Source: Limnochordia bacterium | GTDB lineage: Bacteria > Bacillota > Limnochordia > DTU080 > RSA5 | Direction: 5' to 3' | Assembly: GCA_041686855.1 (NCBI GenBank) | Contig: JAWLDA010000016.1 | Coordinates: forward strand, 22,527-86,526 | DNA: 64,000 bases | Shown: positions 1 through 10,148 of the stretch, in pieces | Layout of the letters: every line of letters begins with the position of its first letter | Numbering within the stretch: the stretch's first letter is position 1 | Notes under the pieces: model-generated | Seen by the model: the letters and a program-made list of their open reading frames with translations, nothing else | Told to the model about the DNA's origin: nothing | Databases searched by the model: none | Position numbers and translations under genes: made by a program

Positions 1-1064
1 TCCTCAACGTCCACACTCTCAGTAGGCGGCGTGTCGGAGGCGCTCTCGCCGGCAAGCGATCCGACGAGACGCTGTAAAAGCATGGCGATGAGTACATCCG
101 TAGTCTGGCTCTCAGCGTCGGCACTCTTGAGCTGCTCTGCAATAGAGTTGAGACGTTCCTCAAGAACGTTCATTTGGTCGAGCGCCGCGTAGAACGTGTC
201 GAGTGTGCTCGCAGAGACACCCCTGTCGGCATTCACCGCTGCCTGCTCAAGGGCGTCGGCCACACCGTCGAGTTTGGCGGCGAGCGACGCGTCCGAGCCG
301 CTTGCCACCTGTTCGAGGAGACGGCGCACTTCTACCAAATCGTTGAGGAGTCCACCTTGTGTTTGGCCGGCCCGCAACGCAGTGAATCGGGTTTGCGGGT
401 AGGCGACGCCAAGCTCCTCTTGGATGCGCGTTTCGGCTTGATTAAACGTCCCAGGGTCCACGGGAACCGGGAAGCGAACATCAATGACGGCCATGCGCCC
501 GGTCATCTTCTCAATCTGAGCCCGTACCGCCTCGGTGTGGCTGCGCTCCTCTAAGACTACCCAGAGCGAATTGCTGTGCTCAAAGGCGAAACGGACGCCT
601 TGCATACCTTGGACATCTCCCATCAGACGTTGCCTGACGAGAGGATGGGTATCCTTGACGATAACGCTTGGTTCGATGACAAAGGTGTACCCGTCAAAAC
701 CGGGAAGATCCCCAATCTCATCGTGCAACTGCTCAAAAAGATCCGCATCGCGCAACGAGTCCGGGATTCCCACAAAAAGATTCATGCGGCCGGCCAACGT
801 CGGCCCGACCTTGAGGCGGAAACCCGGTGCGATGTGTTCGAAACGGTCGGCGAGCGCGTTGATACCATCGTCGCCGACATCACTCCGCAAATGAACGAGA
901 ATATCGTATTCACCGGGCGTTCCGATGAGGCGGGTCACGGCCCCTTCAAAATGGCCCTCTACGGCGCGGGTCAATCCGCCGACGATGCCGCCACCGACGA
1001 GCACGGTCACCAAAAAGAGCGCCACGAGATCGCGACCGAAGCCGCCGCGCGCGAGTCCAAGCAC
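1..1064 (-). CDS. hypothetical membrane-anchored protein (partial; 3' end lies beyond the window edge)
   Basis: From my own reverse-strand translation. GTG at 1064 is preceded by GGGAGGAAATAGG, followed by 354 sense codons with no stop down to position 3 (VLGLARGGFGRDLVALFLVTVLVGGGIVGG...IAEQLKSADAES...). GC3 is high. It is missing from the ORF track only because its stop is outside the window. The + ORFs 174..554 and 576..1091 are shadows of it. No family recognised. Confidence 0.6.
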   Translation of the reverse strand, partial: MLGLARGGFGRDLVALFLVTVLVGGGIVGGLTRAVEGHFEGAVTRLIGTPGEYDILVHLRSDVGDDGINALADRFEHIAPGFRLKVGPTLAGRMNLFVGIPDSLRDADLFEQLHDEIGDLPGFDGYTFVIEPSVIVKDTHPLVRQRLMGDVQGMQGVRFAFEHSNSLWVVLEERSHTEAVRAQIEKMTGRMAVIDVRFPVPVDPGTFNQAETRIQEELGVAYPQTRFTALRAGQTQGGLLNDLVEVRRLLEQVASGSDASLAAKLDGVADALEQAAVNADRGVSASTLDTFYAALDQMNVLEERLNSIAEQLKSADAESQTTDVLIAMLLQRLVGSLAGESASDTPPTESVDVE

Positions 1065-1175
1065 CCTATTTCCTCCCTTATGCCCAGCTAGACGTGCTAC
1101 TCAATTTTAACATAGGCTCTGGGAAGCTCTTGGCGTCAACTGTTGGCGCGCCTGTCATCGGTCGTACAACGTGGC

Positions 1176-2363
1176 TTAAGCTGCCAACGCTTCCAGCGCG
1201 ACAGCAGCCATCACTGCGGCGGCATCCGCCAAGACCGCTTCGTCGAACTGAAATTGTGGGGTGTGCAACCCGGCAGTCTCCTCCCCTTCTTGAACGCCCA
1301 CAAACGCGTAGGCGCCGGGGATGTGCTGTAGGTAGTAAGCAAAGTCTTCGCTCGCCATGGACGGCTTATAATCCTGAACGACGGCCCCAGACCCGAGGAC
1401 ACCCTCAACCGCCCGTGCGTACCGCTCTACCGAGCCCGACTCGTTATAGAGCGCCGGATACCCTTCCCGCCAGGTAAACCTGTACTCGGCGCCGTGCGCC
1501 TGGGTCACCCCGGCAGTCACCCGCTCGATCCGTGAGGCCATGCGAGATCGGACAGCCGGGTCAAAGGTGCGGACCCCGCCGGCCAAACGGACTCGATCCG
1601 CGATGATATTGGTCGCCGTGCCTCCTTCGATCTCTCCCACGGTGACCACTACAGGATCTTGCGGGTCAACCTCTCGTGCCACAACGTGCTGGAGAGCATC
1701 CACCAACCTGGCAGCCGTCACGAGAGCGTCGACGCCCATGTGGGGTGATGCGCCGTGAGCCGAACGACCTAACACTTCGATTTCAAACTCATCAAAGGCG
1801 GCCATTGCGGCGCCGTCGATAATGGCAATCTCACCCTTAGGTAGCCACGGCCAGAGATGAAGTCCGTAAATGCTCTCGACGTCAGGCGACTTGAGCACGC
1901 CCCCTTCACACATCTCACGACCACCACCGAGCATCTCCTCCGCCGGTTGGAAGATCAGCTTGACGCGTCCTTCCCACTCACCCCGTCTCCCGGCTAGTAA
2001 AGCGGTCGCTCCGAGGACGGCCGTCATGTGCCCGTCGTGACCGCACGCGTGCATGACCCCCTCGTTCTCCGACGCAAACGGGAATCCGGTTGCCTCTGTG
2101 ATAGGGAGTGCATCCATATCAGCCCGCAACGCCACCGTCCTACCTGGGCGTCCTGAATCCAAGAGGCCGACGACTCCGGTCTTGGCCAACCCACGGGTCA
2201 CTTCGAGGCCATATTCGGATAGAATCTTTGCAACGCGTTCGGACGTCTTCACCTCTTGAAAGCCTAGCTCCGGCCACCGGTGGAAGTCTCGCCTCCACTC
2301 AATCAGGGTCGGCAACATGCGCTTGGCCTCTTCATGCAACTGCTTCCGGTCAATCTTGGTCAC
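1176..2363 (-). CDS. M20-family amidohydrolase (N-acyl-amino-acid amidohydrolase / hippurate hydrolase type)
   Basis: MHACGHDGH metal-binding motif and overall M20D-like layout. The ORF track starts at 2390, but GTG at 2363 follows AAGGAGGAG with a 6-nt spacing. Confidence 0.8.
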   Translation of the reverse strand: MTKIDRKQLHEEAKRMLPTLIEWRRDFHRWPELGFQEVKTSERVAKILSEYGLEVTRGLAKTGVVGLLDSGRPGRTVALRADMDALPITEATGFPFASENEGVMHACGHDGHMTAVLGATALLAGRRGEWEGRVKLIFQPAEEMLGGGREMCEGGVLKSPDVESIYGLHLWPWLPKGEIAIIDGAAMAAFDEFEIEVLGRSAHGASPHMGVDALVTAARLVDALQHVVAREVDPQDPVVVTVGEIEGGTATNIIADRVRLAGGVRTFDPAVRSRMASRIERVTAGVTQAHGAEYRFTWREGYPALYNESGSVERYARAVEGVLGSGAVVQDYKPSMASEDFAYYLQHIPGAYAFVGVQEGEETAGLHTPQFQFDEAVLADAAAVMAAVALEALAA

Positions 2364-3009
2364 GGTTGACTCCTCCTTGATCCCATTCAAAACGAACCGG
2401 CTCTAACAGCCCACTAAAGCTGAGTTGATCTTTGGTGTAGACGGCACTCGTAGCCCTCACGCGGACGCCGTCATCGTTGGTCCAAATGACGTTTCCGCTC
2501 ATGTGTACTCTCTCCTCTGCGCTCTCGACCTCGAGGTGATCCGCCTCCACGGTCTGCTTGTCGTAATAGGCCAGAACACGCACGGGTGAGACCAAAAGCT
2601 CTTCGGAGCCGTGCCATATCACCTTCTCACTCGTAAGAAGCAGTTCCCCCTTCTCGTAGAACTGAACGTTGCCCTCGAGGGTTAATTCACTCCCCTCGGG
2701 CTTCCACTCGCCACGATCGCCTCGGAAGGTAAGGTACTCCTCGCCGTCGCGGTACAATACACCTCGAGTAATCTCTTCCAAGAGTAAGATGCCGGGGCGG
2801 TCGGCTCCCGCTTCCTCAATGAGGGCCGCTTCCAAGGACCACTGCCGCTCGCCCTCGTGGTACCCGACGAAGTGCGGGCTCGTGAAGCGAGTCCGGTTCT
2901 CCTCAGGCGAGAGAGGCTCTGTCACCGACACCGATGTAAATGACCAATAGAGCGCCGCCCCGATCGCAAGGAGCGAGATGACGGTTACAAACAGCGTTCG
3001 GTGATTCAT
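2350..3009 (-). CDS. lptC: LptC-like periplasmic LPS-export protein (TM anchor plus OstA-like beta domain)
   Basis: 219 aa with one N-terminal TM (LFVTVISLLAIGAALYW) followed by a beta-rich domain. It sits immediately downstream of the lptD-like gene. Assignment rests on architecture and context only. Confidence 0.5.
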   Translation of the reverse strand: MNHRTLFVTVISLLAIGAALYWSFTSVSVTEPLSPEENRTRFTSPHFVGYHEGERQWSLEAALIEEAGADRPGILLLEEITRGVLYRDGEEYLTFRGDRGEWKPEGSELTLEGNVQFYEKGELLLTSEKVIWHGSEELLVSPVRVLAYYDKQTVEADHLEVESAEERVHMSGNVIWTNDDGVRVRATSAVYTKDQLSFSGLLEPVRFEWDQGGVNRDQD

Positions 3010-3052
3010 CGTCGGGTAAGACTCAGCTCCTCACGGGGTCGTTGTTCTGGCG

Positions 3053-5233
3053 CTAAAAGAGTGACGTGATGCTGTCCGGGTCAAACATAAAGCGGTCTCG
3101 GGAAGCGCCCAAACGAATGCCGTCTCCGGGGAATGCGTTGATCTTATACTCCAGCCAAACCGCTCCGTCGAGACTGTCAAAACGCAGCCCGATCTCACGA
3201 CAGCCCAGATCCCGAATAAGGGCGGCATCTCCGCTGATCCAGCCTTCTTCACTATCGTAGTCGGTCGAGTATAAGAGGCGCCATCCCGGCACCCCGAAAG
3301 CCAGGCTGCCCCCGAGCGCATCGAGCTGTTGAGTCGCGAAGTCGTACCGGGTCGAGGCGTTCACCTCAAACCCGCTACTTGGGCGAATGGAGACGTTGGC
3401 AGCCGCATAGCTCATCCGCCTTGAAGCAAGCGAGTATCCTCCTTGCACCGTGCCGTAAAAGCCGCGACCGCCCCGGAACGTCATCTGCCCCACGACGTCA
3501 GAGAAGCTCCGGTTGGCGAAGTCGTAACCGGACGAAAGAATGAGATTCCCCATCCCATACGCGTACTGTAGACGCCCCGAAACGCGCTCTTGATAGCTGA
3601 GGGCGTCAAAATCAAACGGTGAATTGTCGCCGATGGGTTGCTGATACGAGTAATTGCTGTACAACGAGAGGCGCGGCGTAAGTCCCAGACGGTACTGATG
3701 GTCAGCGCTCACCACGACTCGCCGCTCACCGCTGCTATACGCCTGCCATGCAAGCCCACCGCGTGACTGCAGCCGGCCGAGCCTGCCCAAGTCGAGGCTC
3801 ATCGGCTTTAGGGCAAAGTTTACGATGCCGCGGTCAGCCTGGACGGTCTCGTATCCTGTAAACGCCCGGCGGACCTCTCCGAGGCGACCGTATGAGAGTC
3901 CGATCTCTAAAGGCAACCGCATCGGCGTGAGGGCGTCGACATCAAGGGTTAACGTCGCCTCAGGAAGCCGTGTGCGGCTCTTCCACGACGGGAGTGTACT
4001 CGTTCCGCGGAGCCAACCGTAGTGGGCGCGGTTCTCCGCGTCCACCTGTAACGCGAAGGGGCCAAACGAGCGTCGCAACACGTTCGTGTACCCCACGACA
4101 TCCCGGTCGTCATAACCAACACGCCGCCGAGAGAACGCGTCCACTTGAAGTTGCCATTGCCAATCCAACGGACGGGATCGATGGTGTATCGTGAGTCGAT
4201 CAGCCCGGCCAGGATCCACATCCCAATACTGCTCCCGCTCCCAGTCGACTCGGGTCGACATGCGGTCCGCTGAATGGGAGAGGTCTAACGCCACGCGCGC
4301 TTCCCGTTCGTAGGCGCCGTCACCCGTGGGCGACGCAAGGTAGGCAGACTTCCACGAGACGTTGGCGTCCCTTCCCATTTGAAAGCTCTCATCCCAGCCG
4401 AGCCGCCACTCCCGATCACTCTCCCCAAACGGGCGTAGCTGGTACACCGTGACGCTCCCTTCACTCTCCCCTTGATCCCGATAGACGTGGTGAACGCCAG
4501 TACCAACGCCGCGGTGCTGCATGACGTCAAGGGCTACCTCGCCGTGTCCCTCTCCCGGCCCGTCGTATCCATACCGTGTCTTGATGTACCATCCGTCCGT
4601 CGGATTGTGGCCGATCTCAGGAAAGTTAATGCCGGTTCCCCGGTTGGGATCGAGGGGAATCGACAAGTACGGCCAGTAAAAGAGCGTCATGCCACTCTCG
4701 ACAAAGCGAACGGAGCGGATCACCACTCGCTCCCCCGGAAAGATGTCCATGCGGCGGCTGATAAGGTAATACCCCGCATCTTGAGGGGGAGTGCACGTCG
4801 TCAAGCGTGCGTCGGTCACCTGAGTCTTGCCGGAATCGAATTGAATCTCATCCCCCATGATGTAAAGAGGGCCATCATACTCTTCAACTTCAATCTGCGC
4901 CAAGGCATCGGTGATCTGCCCGCTGGCGCTGTGAACATCGTAAGTAAAAGCGGACGCGCTCACCTGACCGTCCGCCCGTGTCACATGGACGTTCCCGATA
5001 AAATCGATGCGACCGTCTTCCACTTCGTAACGCATTTGGTCGGCCGTCACCTCGAGTTCGCCTTGAACGAGGCGCACCCCACCCACGGCGACCCAAGCCT
5101 CATCGGAGTAGGCCATCGTCCCGTCCGTGGTAATCCAGGCGCGTTCGGCCGCCCACGCGGGCTGGGCCAGCGCGCAAAGCATGAGTAGTGTAATAGCGAA
5201 CCACCGTTTCATACGCATGCTCGAGGTTTCCAC
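3053..5233 (-). CDS. lptD: LPS-assembly outer-membrane protein LptD (OstA N-terminal domain plus beta-barrel)
   Basis: Signal peptide MKRWFAITLLMLCALAQPAWA. OstA-like N-terminus (ADQMRYEVEDGRIDFIGNVHV). LptD hallmark TTCTPPQDAGYYLISRRMDIFPGERVVIRSVRFVESGMTLFYWPYLSIPL. Long beta-rich C-terminus ending in F. Confidence 0.8.
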   Translation of the reverse strand: METSSMRMKRWFAITLLMLCALAQPAWAAERAWITTDGTMAYSDEAWVAVGGVRLVQGELEVTADQMRYEVEDGRIDFIGNVHVTRADGQVSASAFTYDVHSASGQITDALAQIEVEEYDGPLYIMGDEIQFDSGKTQVTDARLTTCTPPQDAGYYLISRRMDIFPGERVVIRSVRFVESGMTLFYWPYLSIPLDPNRGTGINFPEIGHNPTDGWYIKTRYGYDGPGEGHGEVALDVMQHRGVGTGVHHVYRDQGESEGSVTVYQLRPFGESDREWRLGWDESFQMGRDANVSWKSAYLASPTGDGAYEREARVALDLSHSADRMSTRVDWEREQYWDVDPGRADRLTIHHRSRPLDWQWQLQVDAFSRRRVGYDDRDVVGYTNVLRRSFGPFALQVDAENRAHYGWLRGTSTLPSWKSRTRLPEATLTLDVDALTPMRLPLEIGLSYGRLGEVRRAFTGYETVQADRGIVNFALKPMSLDLGRLGRLQSRGGLAWQAYSSGERRVVVSADHQYRLGLTPRLSLYSNYSYQQPIGDNSPFDFDALSYQERVSGRLQYAYGMGNLILSSGYDFANRSFSDVVGQMTFRGGRGFYGTVQGGYSLASRRMSYAAANVSIRPSSGFEVNASTRYDFATQQLDALGGSLAFGVPGWRLLYSTDYDSEEGWISGDAALIRDLGCREIGLRFDSLDGAVWLEYKINAFPGDGIRLGASRDRFMFDPDSITSLF

Positions 5234-5269
5234 GGGAGACGGGCAAAGCCCTTGTGGAAAGGATTGTAC

Positions 5270-6388
5270 CTACCGATCGACTCGAAAGAGCAGAATAGCG
5301 CCAACACACGCAAAGAGGAGATTGGTGATCCAGGCCGCTGTCAGAGGCGGCAGCACGCCGCTCCCGCCGAGGGAGCGAAAGATAGAGGAGAGGACGAAGT
5401 ATAAAAACGCGACGCCGATACTTACTGCAATACCGAAGAAGCGCCCACTGCGCGTGGAGCGCAGCGAAAGAGGGGCGCCGACGAGCGTCCACAACAGGCC
5501 TGCCCACGGCATCGAGCCTTTCATGTGATAGGCGACTTCAAACCGGCTAACGTCAAGGCCACTGCGCTTAAAGAGGTCGATGTGACGCTTTAGTTCTCCC
5601 CGCGTCATCTCTTCAGTGGTCTTTTGATTGCCCAGGTACGTCTCTAGATTCTCCGTCATCGGGTAATCGAGGCGCGCGAATGCGGAATCCTCCAAGGTGA
5701 AGCCTCGTTCATCGAGCCGCTTGCGAATTCCATCTTCCAGATGCCAGACCTGCTCAGTGTACGAACCGCGCTCCGCCGTAATCATCTGAGGATACGCATC
5801 TTCACCGAGTTGGTAGATCAAAATCCGCTTCATCGTGCGCGCCTCGCGGTTCACCTCGCCTACATAAAAGAAACGGTCGCCGCTTCCGCGAAAGAAGACC
5901 CCCTCACGCACCGTAGGCAACGGATCTTCAAAGAGGGTTTGGCGAAAAAGGCTCTCCGCCCGATGGTTGCTTTCGGGCACGATGCGCTCGTTGAGGACGT
6001 AGGTGCCTGCGCTCACGAGGATGGAGATCAAAAAGAAAGGAAGGATTACCCGAGTAAACGGAGTCCCAGTCCCGAGTAGTATGATGAGCTCACTCTCTTT
6101 AATCAGCCGCCCGAGGGCGAGGAGGGTGGCAAAGAGGACCCCGATCGGCAATGAGACGACGATGACGCTGGGCAGTTTGTAGAGTAGCATCTGAAGGATC
6201 GTCGCCACCGGCATCTTTTTGTCGACGATCAAGTCCGTCAACTCAAAGAGCAAGCTGCTCAGAAGCATCACCGTGAAACCGGCCACGGCGGCCAGAAACG
6301 GCCCGGTAAACTCCCGGGCCGTATACCGGTCCACGATCGTCAAGGGAATCAGGCTAAAACGCAAGCCGCATCGAGACTCCCGCTGCAA
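5270..6388 (-). CDS. LptF/LptG-family (YjgP/YjgQ) LPS export permease
   Basis: N-terminus ..IVDRYTAREFTGPFL.., with three TMs, a large loop, then three TMs. Start is uncertain: TTG at 6388 or TTG at 6364. Confidence 0.8.
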   Translation of the reverse strand: MQRESRCGLRFSLIPLTIVDRYTAREFTGPFLAAVAGFTVMLLSSLLFELTDLIVDKKMPVATILQMLLYKLPSVIVVSLPIGVLFATLLALGRLIKESELIILLGTGTPFTRVILPFFLISILVSAGTYVLNERIVPESNHRAESLFRQTLFEDPLPTVREGVFFRGSGDRFFYVGEVNREARTMKRILIYQLGEDAYPQMITAERGSYTEQVWHLEDGIRKRLDERGFTLEDSAFARLDYPMTENLETYLGNQKTTEEMTRGELKRHIDLFKRSGLDVSRFEVAYHMKGSMPWAGLLWTLVGAPLSLRSTRSGRFFGIAVSIGVAFLYFVLSSIFRSLGGSGVLPPLTAAWITNLLFACVGAILLFRVDR

Positions 6389-6977
6389 ATTCCTCTAGAT
6401 CCATCAGCGCCAGATCGACGGCGACCGACGGCCCAAAGAACATGCGGGCGCCAACGTTCACCCCTGAAGGCACATACTCAGCGAGCAGTGTGGTGGTCGG
6501 AGTTGAGACTGACGCCGTCGACAACGTGTAGGCTACACCGGCAGCGACGCCTTTCTCATCGCCGTGAAGGTACCCGGCGTGCAGACGTGCCCGAGGGGTG
6601 AGGCGCTTACTGGCCACGATGTAGCTCTGATTTGATTCAAATCCGATGGCGACGGCAGGCATTGATGCACTCTCACGCATCAATTGGCCCTTAAAGAGGA
6701 AACCGACGCCCAGCGGTCCGTCAGAGTCGTACGAATTGACACCGATCTCCAGCTCGTCCATGAGCCCGTAAAGTGCCGTCGCTTCGACAGAACCCTCATT
6801 GAGGCGCACTCCGATCTCCGCGTCTCCAACAGGAAGCGTATCCGCTGTGGCGAGGGCGATGAGCCCGGTCGCACCGGTGATCGTTCCCGCAAAGGCTCCC
6901 GGCGCCATCAAAGCCAGGACTAGAACGAAGGCTGCGAGCCCGACCCAACGTTTGCGTGTGCGAATCACATACACCAT
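6354..6977 (-). CDS. putative small outer-membrane beta-barrel protein
   Basis: Signal peptide (RKRWVGLAAFVLVLALMAPGAFA), alternating beta-strand pattern, and a terminal ..GVSMRLAF aromatic beta-signal. Start is ATG 6977 or GTG 6968. The longer track ORF reaching 7058 lacks an RBS. Confidence 0.55.
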   Translation of the reverse strand: MVYVIRTRKRWVGLAAFVLVLALMAPGAFAGTITGATGLIALATADTLPVGDAEIGVRLNEGSVEATALYGLMDELEIGVNSYDSDGPLGVGFLFKGQLMRESASMPAVAIGFESNQSYIVASKRLTPRARLHAGYLHGDEKGVAAGVAYTLSTASVSTPTTTLLAEYVPSGVNVGARMFFGPSVAVDLALMDLEEFAAGVSMRLAF

Positions 6978-7094
6978 CTCCTCACAAGTTCCCGACCCCA
7001 TTGCAGATGGCCCAGTATTCGTCACCGCATCGGGCGTCCCCTCTTCAACGAGGCGCACGAATGCGTGTTACACTCATGATTCGGCATGGTAACT

Positions 7095-9023
7095 TTAGGC
7101 CGGATCGAGTTGGCCCAGGAGCTCGACCAACTCCTCCCATTCCCCTTCTCGCTCATTGAGCGCGCTGACGATCTCTTTGTGTTCGACGGTCAACGCCCGA
7201 GCCTCATCACCTTCGCGGTAACTCGCCGGATCGGCCAGTGCCTTCTCGAGCGACTCCTTGCGAAGCGAGAGTTCGTCGATCTCCGTCTCGAGCTCGGCGA
7301 TGCGAGTCTGCGTCTCCCGAAGCTGCCGGCGCCGGGCTCTTTCTTCATCTTCCTGAGGAGTGCGCGAGCCGGCGCTTGCCGTGCGTTTCGTTGAAGCGCT
7401 CGCTTGGCCATGCTCTCCTTCTCGAGACTGTAACCATGACTGCAGCGCGTCATAGCCACCGTCGATCACGGTGACCTCCCCGTCCTGCACCCACCAGATG
7501 GAGGAAGCCAAGGCCGCCAGCAAAGCGCGGTCGTGTGTCACAAACAGGAGCGTCCCTTGGTACTCTCCCAACGCCTCCTCCAGCGCCTCCGCCATATCAA
7601 TGTCGAGGTGGTTGGTGGGTTCGTCGAGGAGCAAGAGGTTACCGCCGTGCAAAAGGAGTTTAGCAAGCGCCAAGCGGCTCTTTTCGCCCCCGCTCAGCAC
7701 CCCCACCTGTTTGGCGACATCATCTCCCCGAAAAAGGAAGCGCGCCAAAAAGGACCGGGCCTCTCCGATCTGCTGTCTCTTTTCGGCAAGCGCCTCCTCC
7801 AATACGCTCTGGTTGGGATCGAGATCGATCCTGTGCTGCGCGAAGTAGGCCGACCGCACACCGCGGCCGACGTCGACCAGTCCTGACACCGGCGGAAGAT
7901 CGCCTGCAATCGTCCGCAACAAAGTGCTTTTGCCTGCGCCATTGGCTCCAGCAATACCGATGCGAGCCCCGCGCCGAACCTCGAGCGTCACATTTGAGAG
8001 GATTGCCTTACCGTCATAGCCCACGCCCACCGTGTCCAAGGTGCATACGCGCCGCTCACTTTGCACGCCTACGGGCACGGTAAAGTGCGCTTTGGGAGAA
8101 TCAGGCGGCGGGGGCGCCACCTCCTCCATTCGCTCAAGTTTGCGAGCGCGACTCTTTGCCTGCGCGGCCCGCGTGCCAGCGCTCCACTTTCGCACAAACG
8201 CTTCCAGTCGCTCTCGTTCCAGTTGATCCCTCTCGTACTCTTTAAGCAGGCGTTCGCGTCGCTCGGCCGCCTGCCGGCGGGATACCGTGTAATTGCCGGT
8301 GTATGCATGAATCGTCCTCGCTTCAATCTCCCACGTTCGCTGTGTAACAGCGTCTAGGAGCCTGCGATCGTGCGAGACGACGATAAATGCACGCGGGTCG
8401 CGCCCTAGGAACGCCTGTAACCACTCTGTGGAGGTCAAATCCAGGTGGTTAGTAGGCTCGTCAAGCAGGAGAAGATCAGCTTGGGTGAGAAGCAACCGGG
8501 CCAGTTGCGCCCGCGCTCGCTCCCCGCCGCTTAGTGAAAGGTAGGCGCGATCCAACTCAGACTCAGAGAAGCCTAGGCCAAAGAGCGCGCCCCGTGCCCG
8601 TGCCTCCTGCTCGTACCCTCCCTGTTCTTCAAATGCAGAGAGTTTGGCGGAGTAGGTACTCATGAGGGATTCAAGCGCATCTTCCGAGAGTCCGGACTCG
8701 GCCATGCGCTGCTCGAGTGTACGCAACTCCTCTTCTTGCCGCCGGAGTGCGTCAAACGCGCTCGCGACGTACTCAAAGACGGTGGCCGCAGTCCTGTCGG
8801 CGCTCTCTTGGCGCAAGTAACCGACGACCAACTCCTTCGCCCGTGCGACACGCCCCTCCTCGGGGGAGCGGCCGGCCAGGATCTCGAGCAGGCTCGACTT
8901 ACCCGATCCGTTGGGCCCAATGAGACCAATGTGGTCTCCTGGATTGACGGCGAGATCCACCGGTCCAAAGATATGGTCGGCGCCGTAATAACAAGAGACC
9001 CCGGCGAGTCGCAGTAGACTCAC
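7095..9023 (-). CDS. ABC-F family ATPase (soluble, two ABC cassettes, C-terminal coiled coil)
   Basis: GPNGSGKSS and GANGAGKST Walker A motifs. Two LSGGE signature motifs and two [11 protein letters not shown] Walker B motifs. No TM segments. The GTG start overlaps the lpxD stop (GTGA). Confidence 0.9.
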   Translation of the reverse strand: MSLLRLAGVSCYYGADHIFGPVDLAVNPGDHIGLIGPNGSGKSSLLEILAGRSPEEGRVARAKELVVGYLRQESADRTAATVFEYVASAFDALRRQEEELRTLEQRMAESGLSEDALESLMSTYSAKLSAFEEQGGYEQEARARGALFGLGFSESELDRAYLSLSGGERARAQLARLLLTQADLLLLDEPTNHLDLTSTEWLQAFLGRDPRAFIVVSHDRRLLDAVTQRTWEIEARTIHAYTGNYTVSRRQAAERRERLLKEYERDQLERERLEAFVRKWSAGTRAAQAKSRARKLERMEEVAPPPPDSPKAHFTVPVGVQSERRVCTLDTVGVGYDGKAILSNVTLEVRRGARIGIAGANGAGKSTLLRTIAGDLPPVSGLVDVGRGVRSAYFAQHRIDLDPNQSVLEEALAEKRQQIGEARSFLARFLFRGDDVAKQVGVLSGGEKSRLALAKLLLHGGNLLLLDEPTNHLDIDMAEALEEALGEYQGTLLFVTHDRALLAALASSIWWVQDGEVTVIDGGYDALQSWLQSREGEHGQASASTKRTASAGSRTPQEDEERARRRQLRETQTRIAELETEIDELSLRKESLEKALADPASYREGDEARALTVEHKEIVSALNEREGEWEELVELLGQLDPA

Positions 9024-10087
9024 CGCCGCTCACCGGTCGCCGGCACCTCTTCTTCGAGGTGTTGGAGACGCTCCTGCAACTCCTGCACTTGCCGTTGCAA
9101 CGCCGTTAGTTGCTCTGAGAACTCAGGCAGGCGTTGCGTCATAGCGACCACGCGCATCGCCTCACGGTGCGGCCGAGCCGGATAACCCGAGACGAATGAT
9201 CCAGCGGGCAGGTCCTTCGCCACAAGGCCGCGCGCGGCGAGGACAGAGTCACTCCCGACGTGTACGTGCCCTGCCACACCGCTCTGTCCGGCAAGCGTCA
9301 CGTGATCGCCCACGCTGGCGCTGCCTGCTATCCCTACTTGAGAGATGATGATGCAGTCCGCGCCGATCTTCACGTTATGCGCAATCTGTACCAAGTTGTC
9401 AACCTTGGTCCCTCGACCGATATGCGTCGCTCCGGTCACCCCGCGGTCAATCGCAACCAAGGCGCCAAGCTCAACGTCGTCTTCGACGATCACTGTACCG
9501 AGGTGCGGCACCTTGTGGTGCTTTTTGCCCACGGGAACGTAACCGAACCCATCACTCCCTACGACGGTGCCCGAGTGAATGATCACATTCTTTCCGATCT
9601 GACAGCCCCGGTACACTGTGACCCGCGGATGCAGGAGGCTCCCTTTACCAATCGTCACGTTGTCGCCAAGGACGCACCCAGCGCCAAGGACCACTCCGTC
9701 GCCCAGCACACAACCGTCACCCACGGTGACGTGCGGTCCCACACTCACGCCTTTACCGACCTTGACGCGTTCACCCAATACGGCGGACTCATGTACGCCC
9801 TCCGTAAAGACCGGTGGCGTCTCAAAGAACTCCAACACTTGCACCCACGCACGCCTGGGATTGTTGACGCGCAGCAGGGGCACCCCAATGTCAGGCGCGT
9901 CCTTGTGAACAATGACCACGCCAGCTTCGGTAAACTTCGCCTTCTCTACAAACTTCGATTCGGCGGCGAACGTTATATGTAGGGGACCCGCCTCATCAAG
10001 GGTCGCGGGTCCCTTCACTTCTTGTGTACTTGAGGCACCGTCCAATTCGCCATCGAGCAGACGGGCAATCTCACCAAGCTGCGCCAC
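9020..10087 (-). CDS. lpxD: UDP-3-O-acylglucosamine N-acyltransferase LpxD
   Basis: N-terminal uridine-binding-like domain followed by long left-handed hexapeptide repeats ([43 protein letters not shown]). It holds the canonical position after skp. Confidence 0.85.
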   Translation of the reverse strand: MAQLGEIARLLDGELDGASSTQEVKGPATLDEAGPLHITFAAESKFVEKAKFTEAGVVIVHKDAPDIGVPLLRVNNPRRAWVQVLEFFETPPVFTEGVHESAVLGERVKVGKGVSVGPHVTVGDGCVLGDGVVLGAGCVLGDNVTIGKGSLLHPRVTVYRGCQIGKNVIIHSGTVVGSDGFGYVPVGKKHHKVPHLGTVIVEDDVELGALVAIDRGVTGATHIGRGTKVDNLVQIAHNVKIGADCIIISQVGIAGSASVGDHVTLAGQSGVAGHVHVGSDSVLAARGLVAKDLPAGSFVSGYPARPHREAMRVVAMTQRLPEFSEQLTALQRQVQELQERLQHLEEEVPATGERR

Positions 10088-10148
10088 GGTGTGACCACAC
10101 CTCCGTACATTCTCCTACGCTTAGATGTTAGGATTGCCAGCCGGCGCA

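Noticed and set aside
174-1091. Plus-strand ORFs 174..554, 196..402, 535..894, 576..1091 and 925..1110
   Set aside because: They lie antisense to a 354-codon open minus-strand frame that has a proper RBS. Their translations are Arg/Ser/Pro-rich noise typical of shadow frames in GC-rich DNA.
4472-5188. 238-aa plus-strand ORF inside lptD
   Set aside because: It is a shadow ORF. The minus-strand frame carries clear LptD motifs and a signal peptide.
9260-9982. 240-aa plus-strand ORF opposite lpxD
   Set aside because: It is the antisense of the hexapeptide-repeat region, with no RBS and no recognisable motifs.
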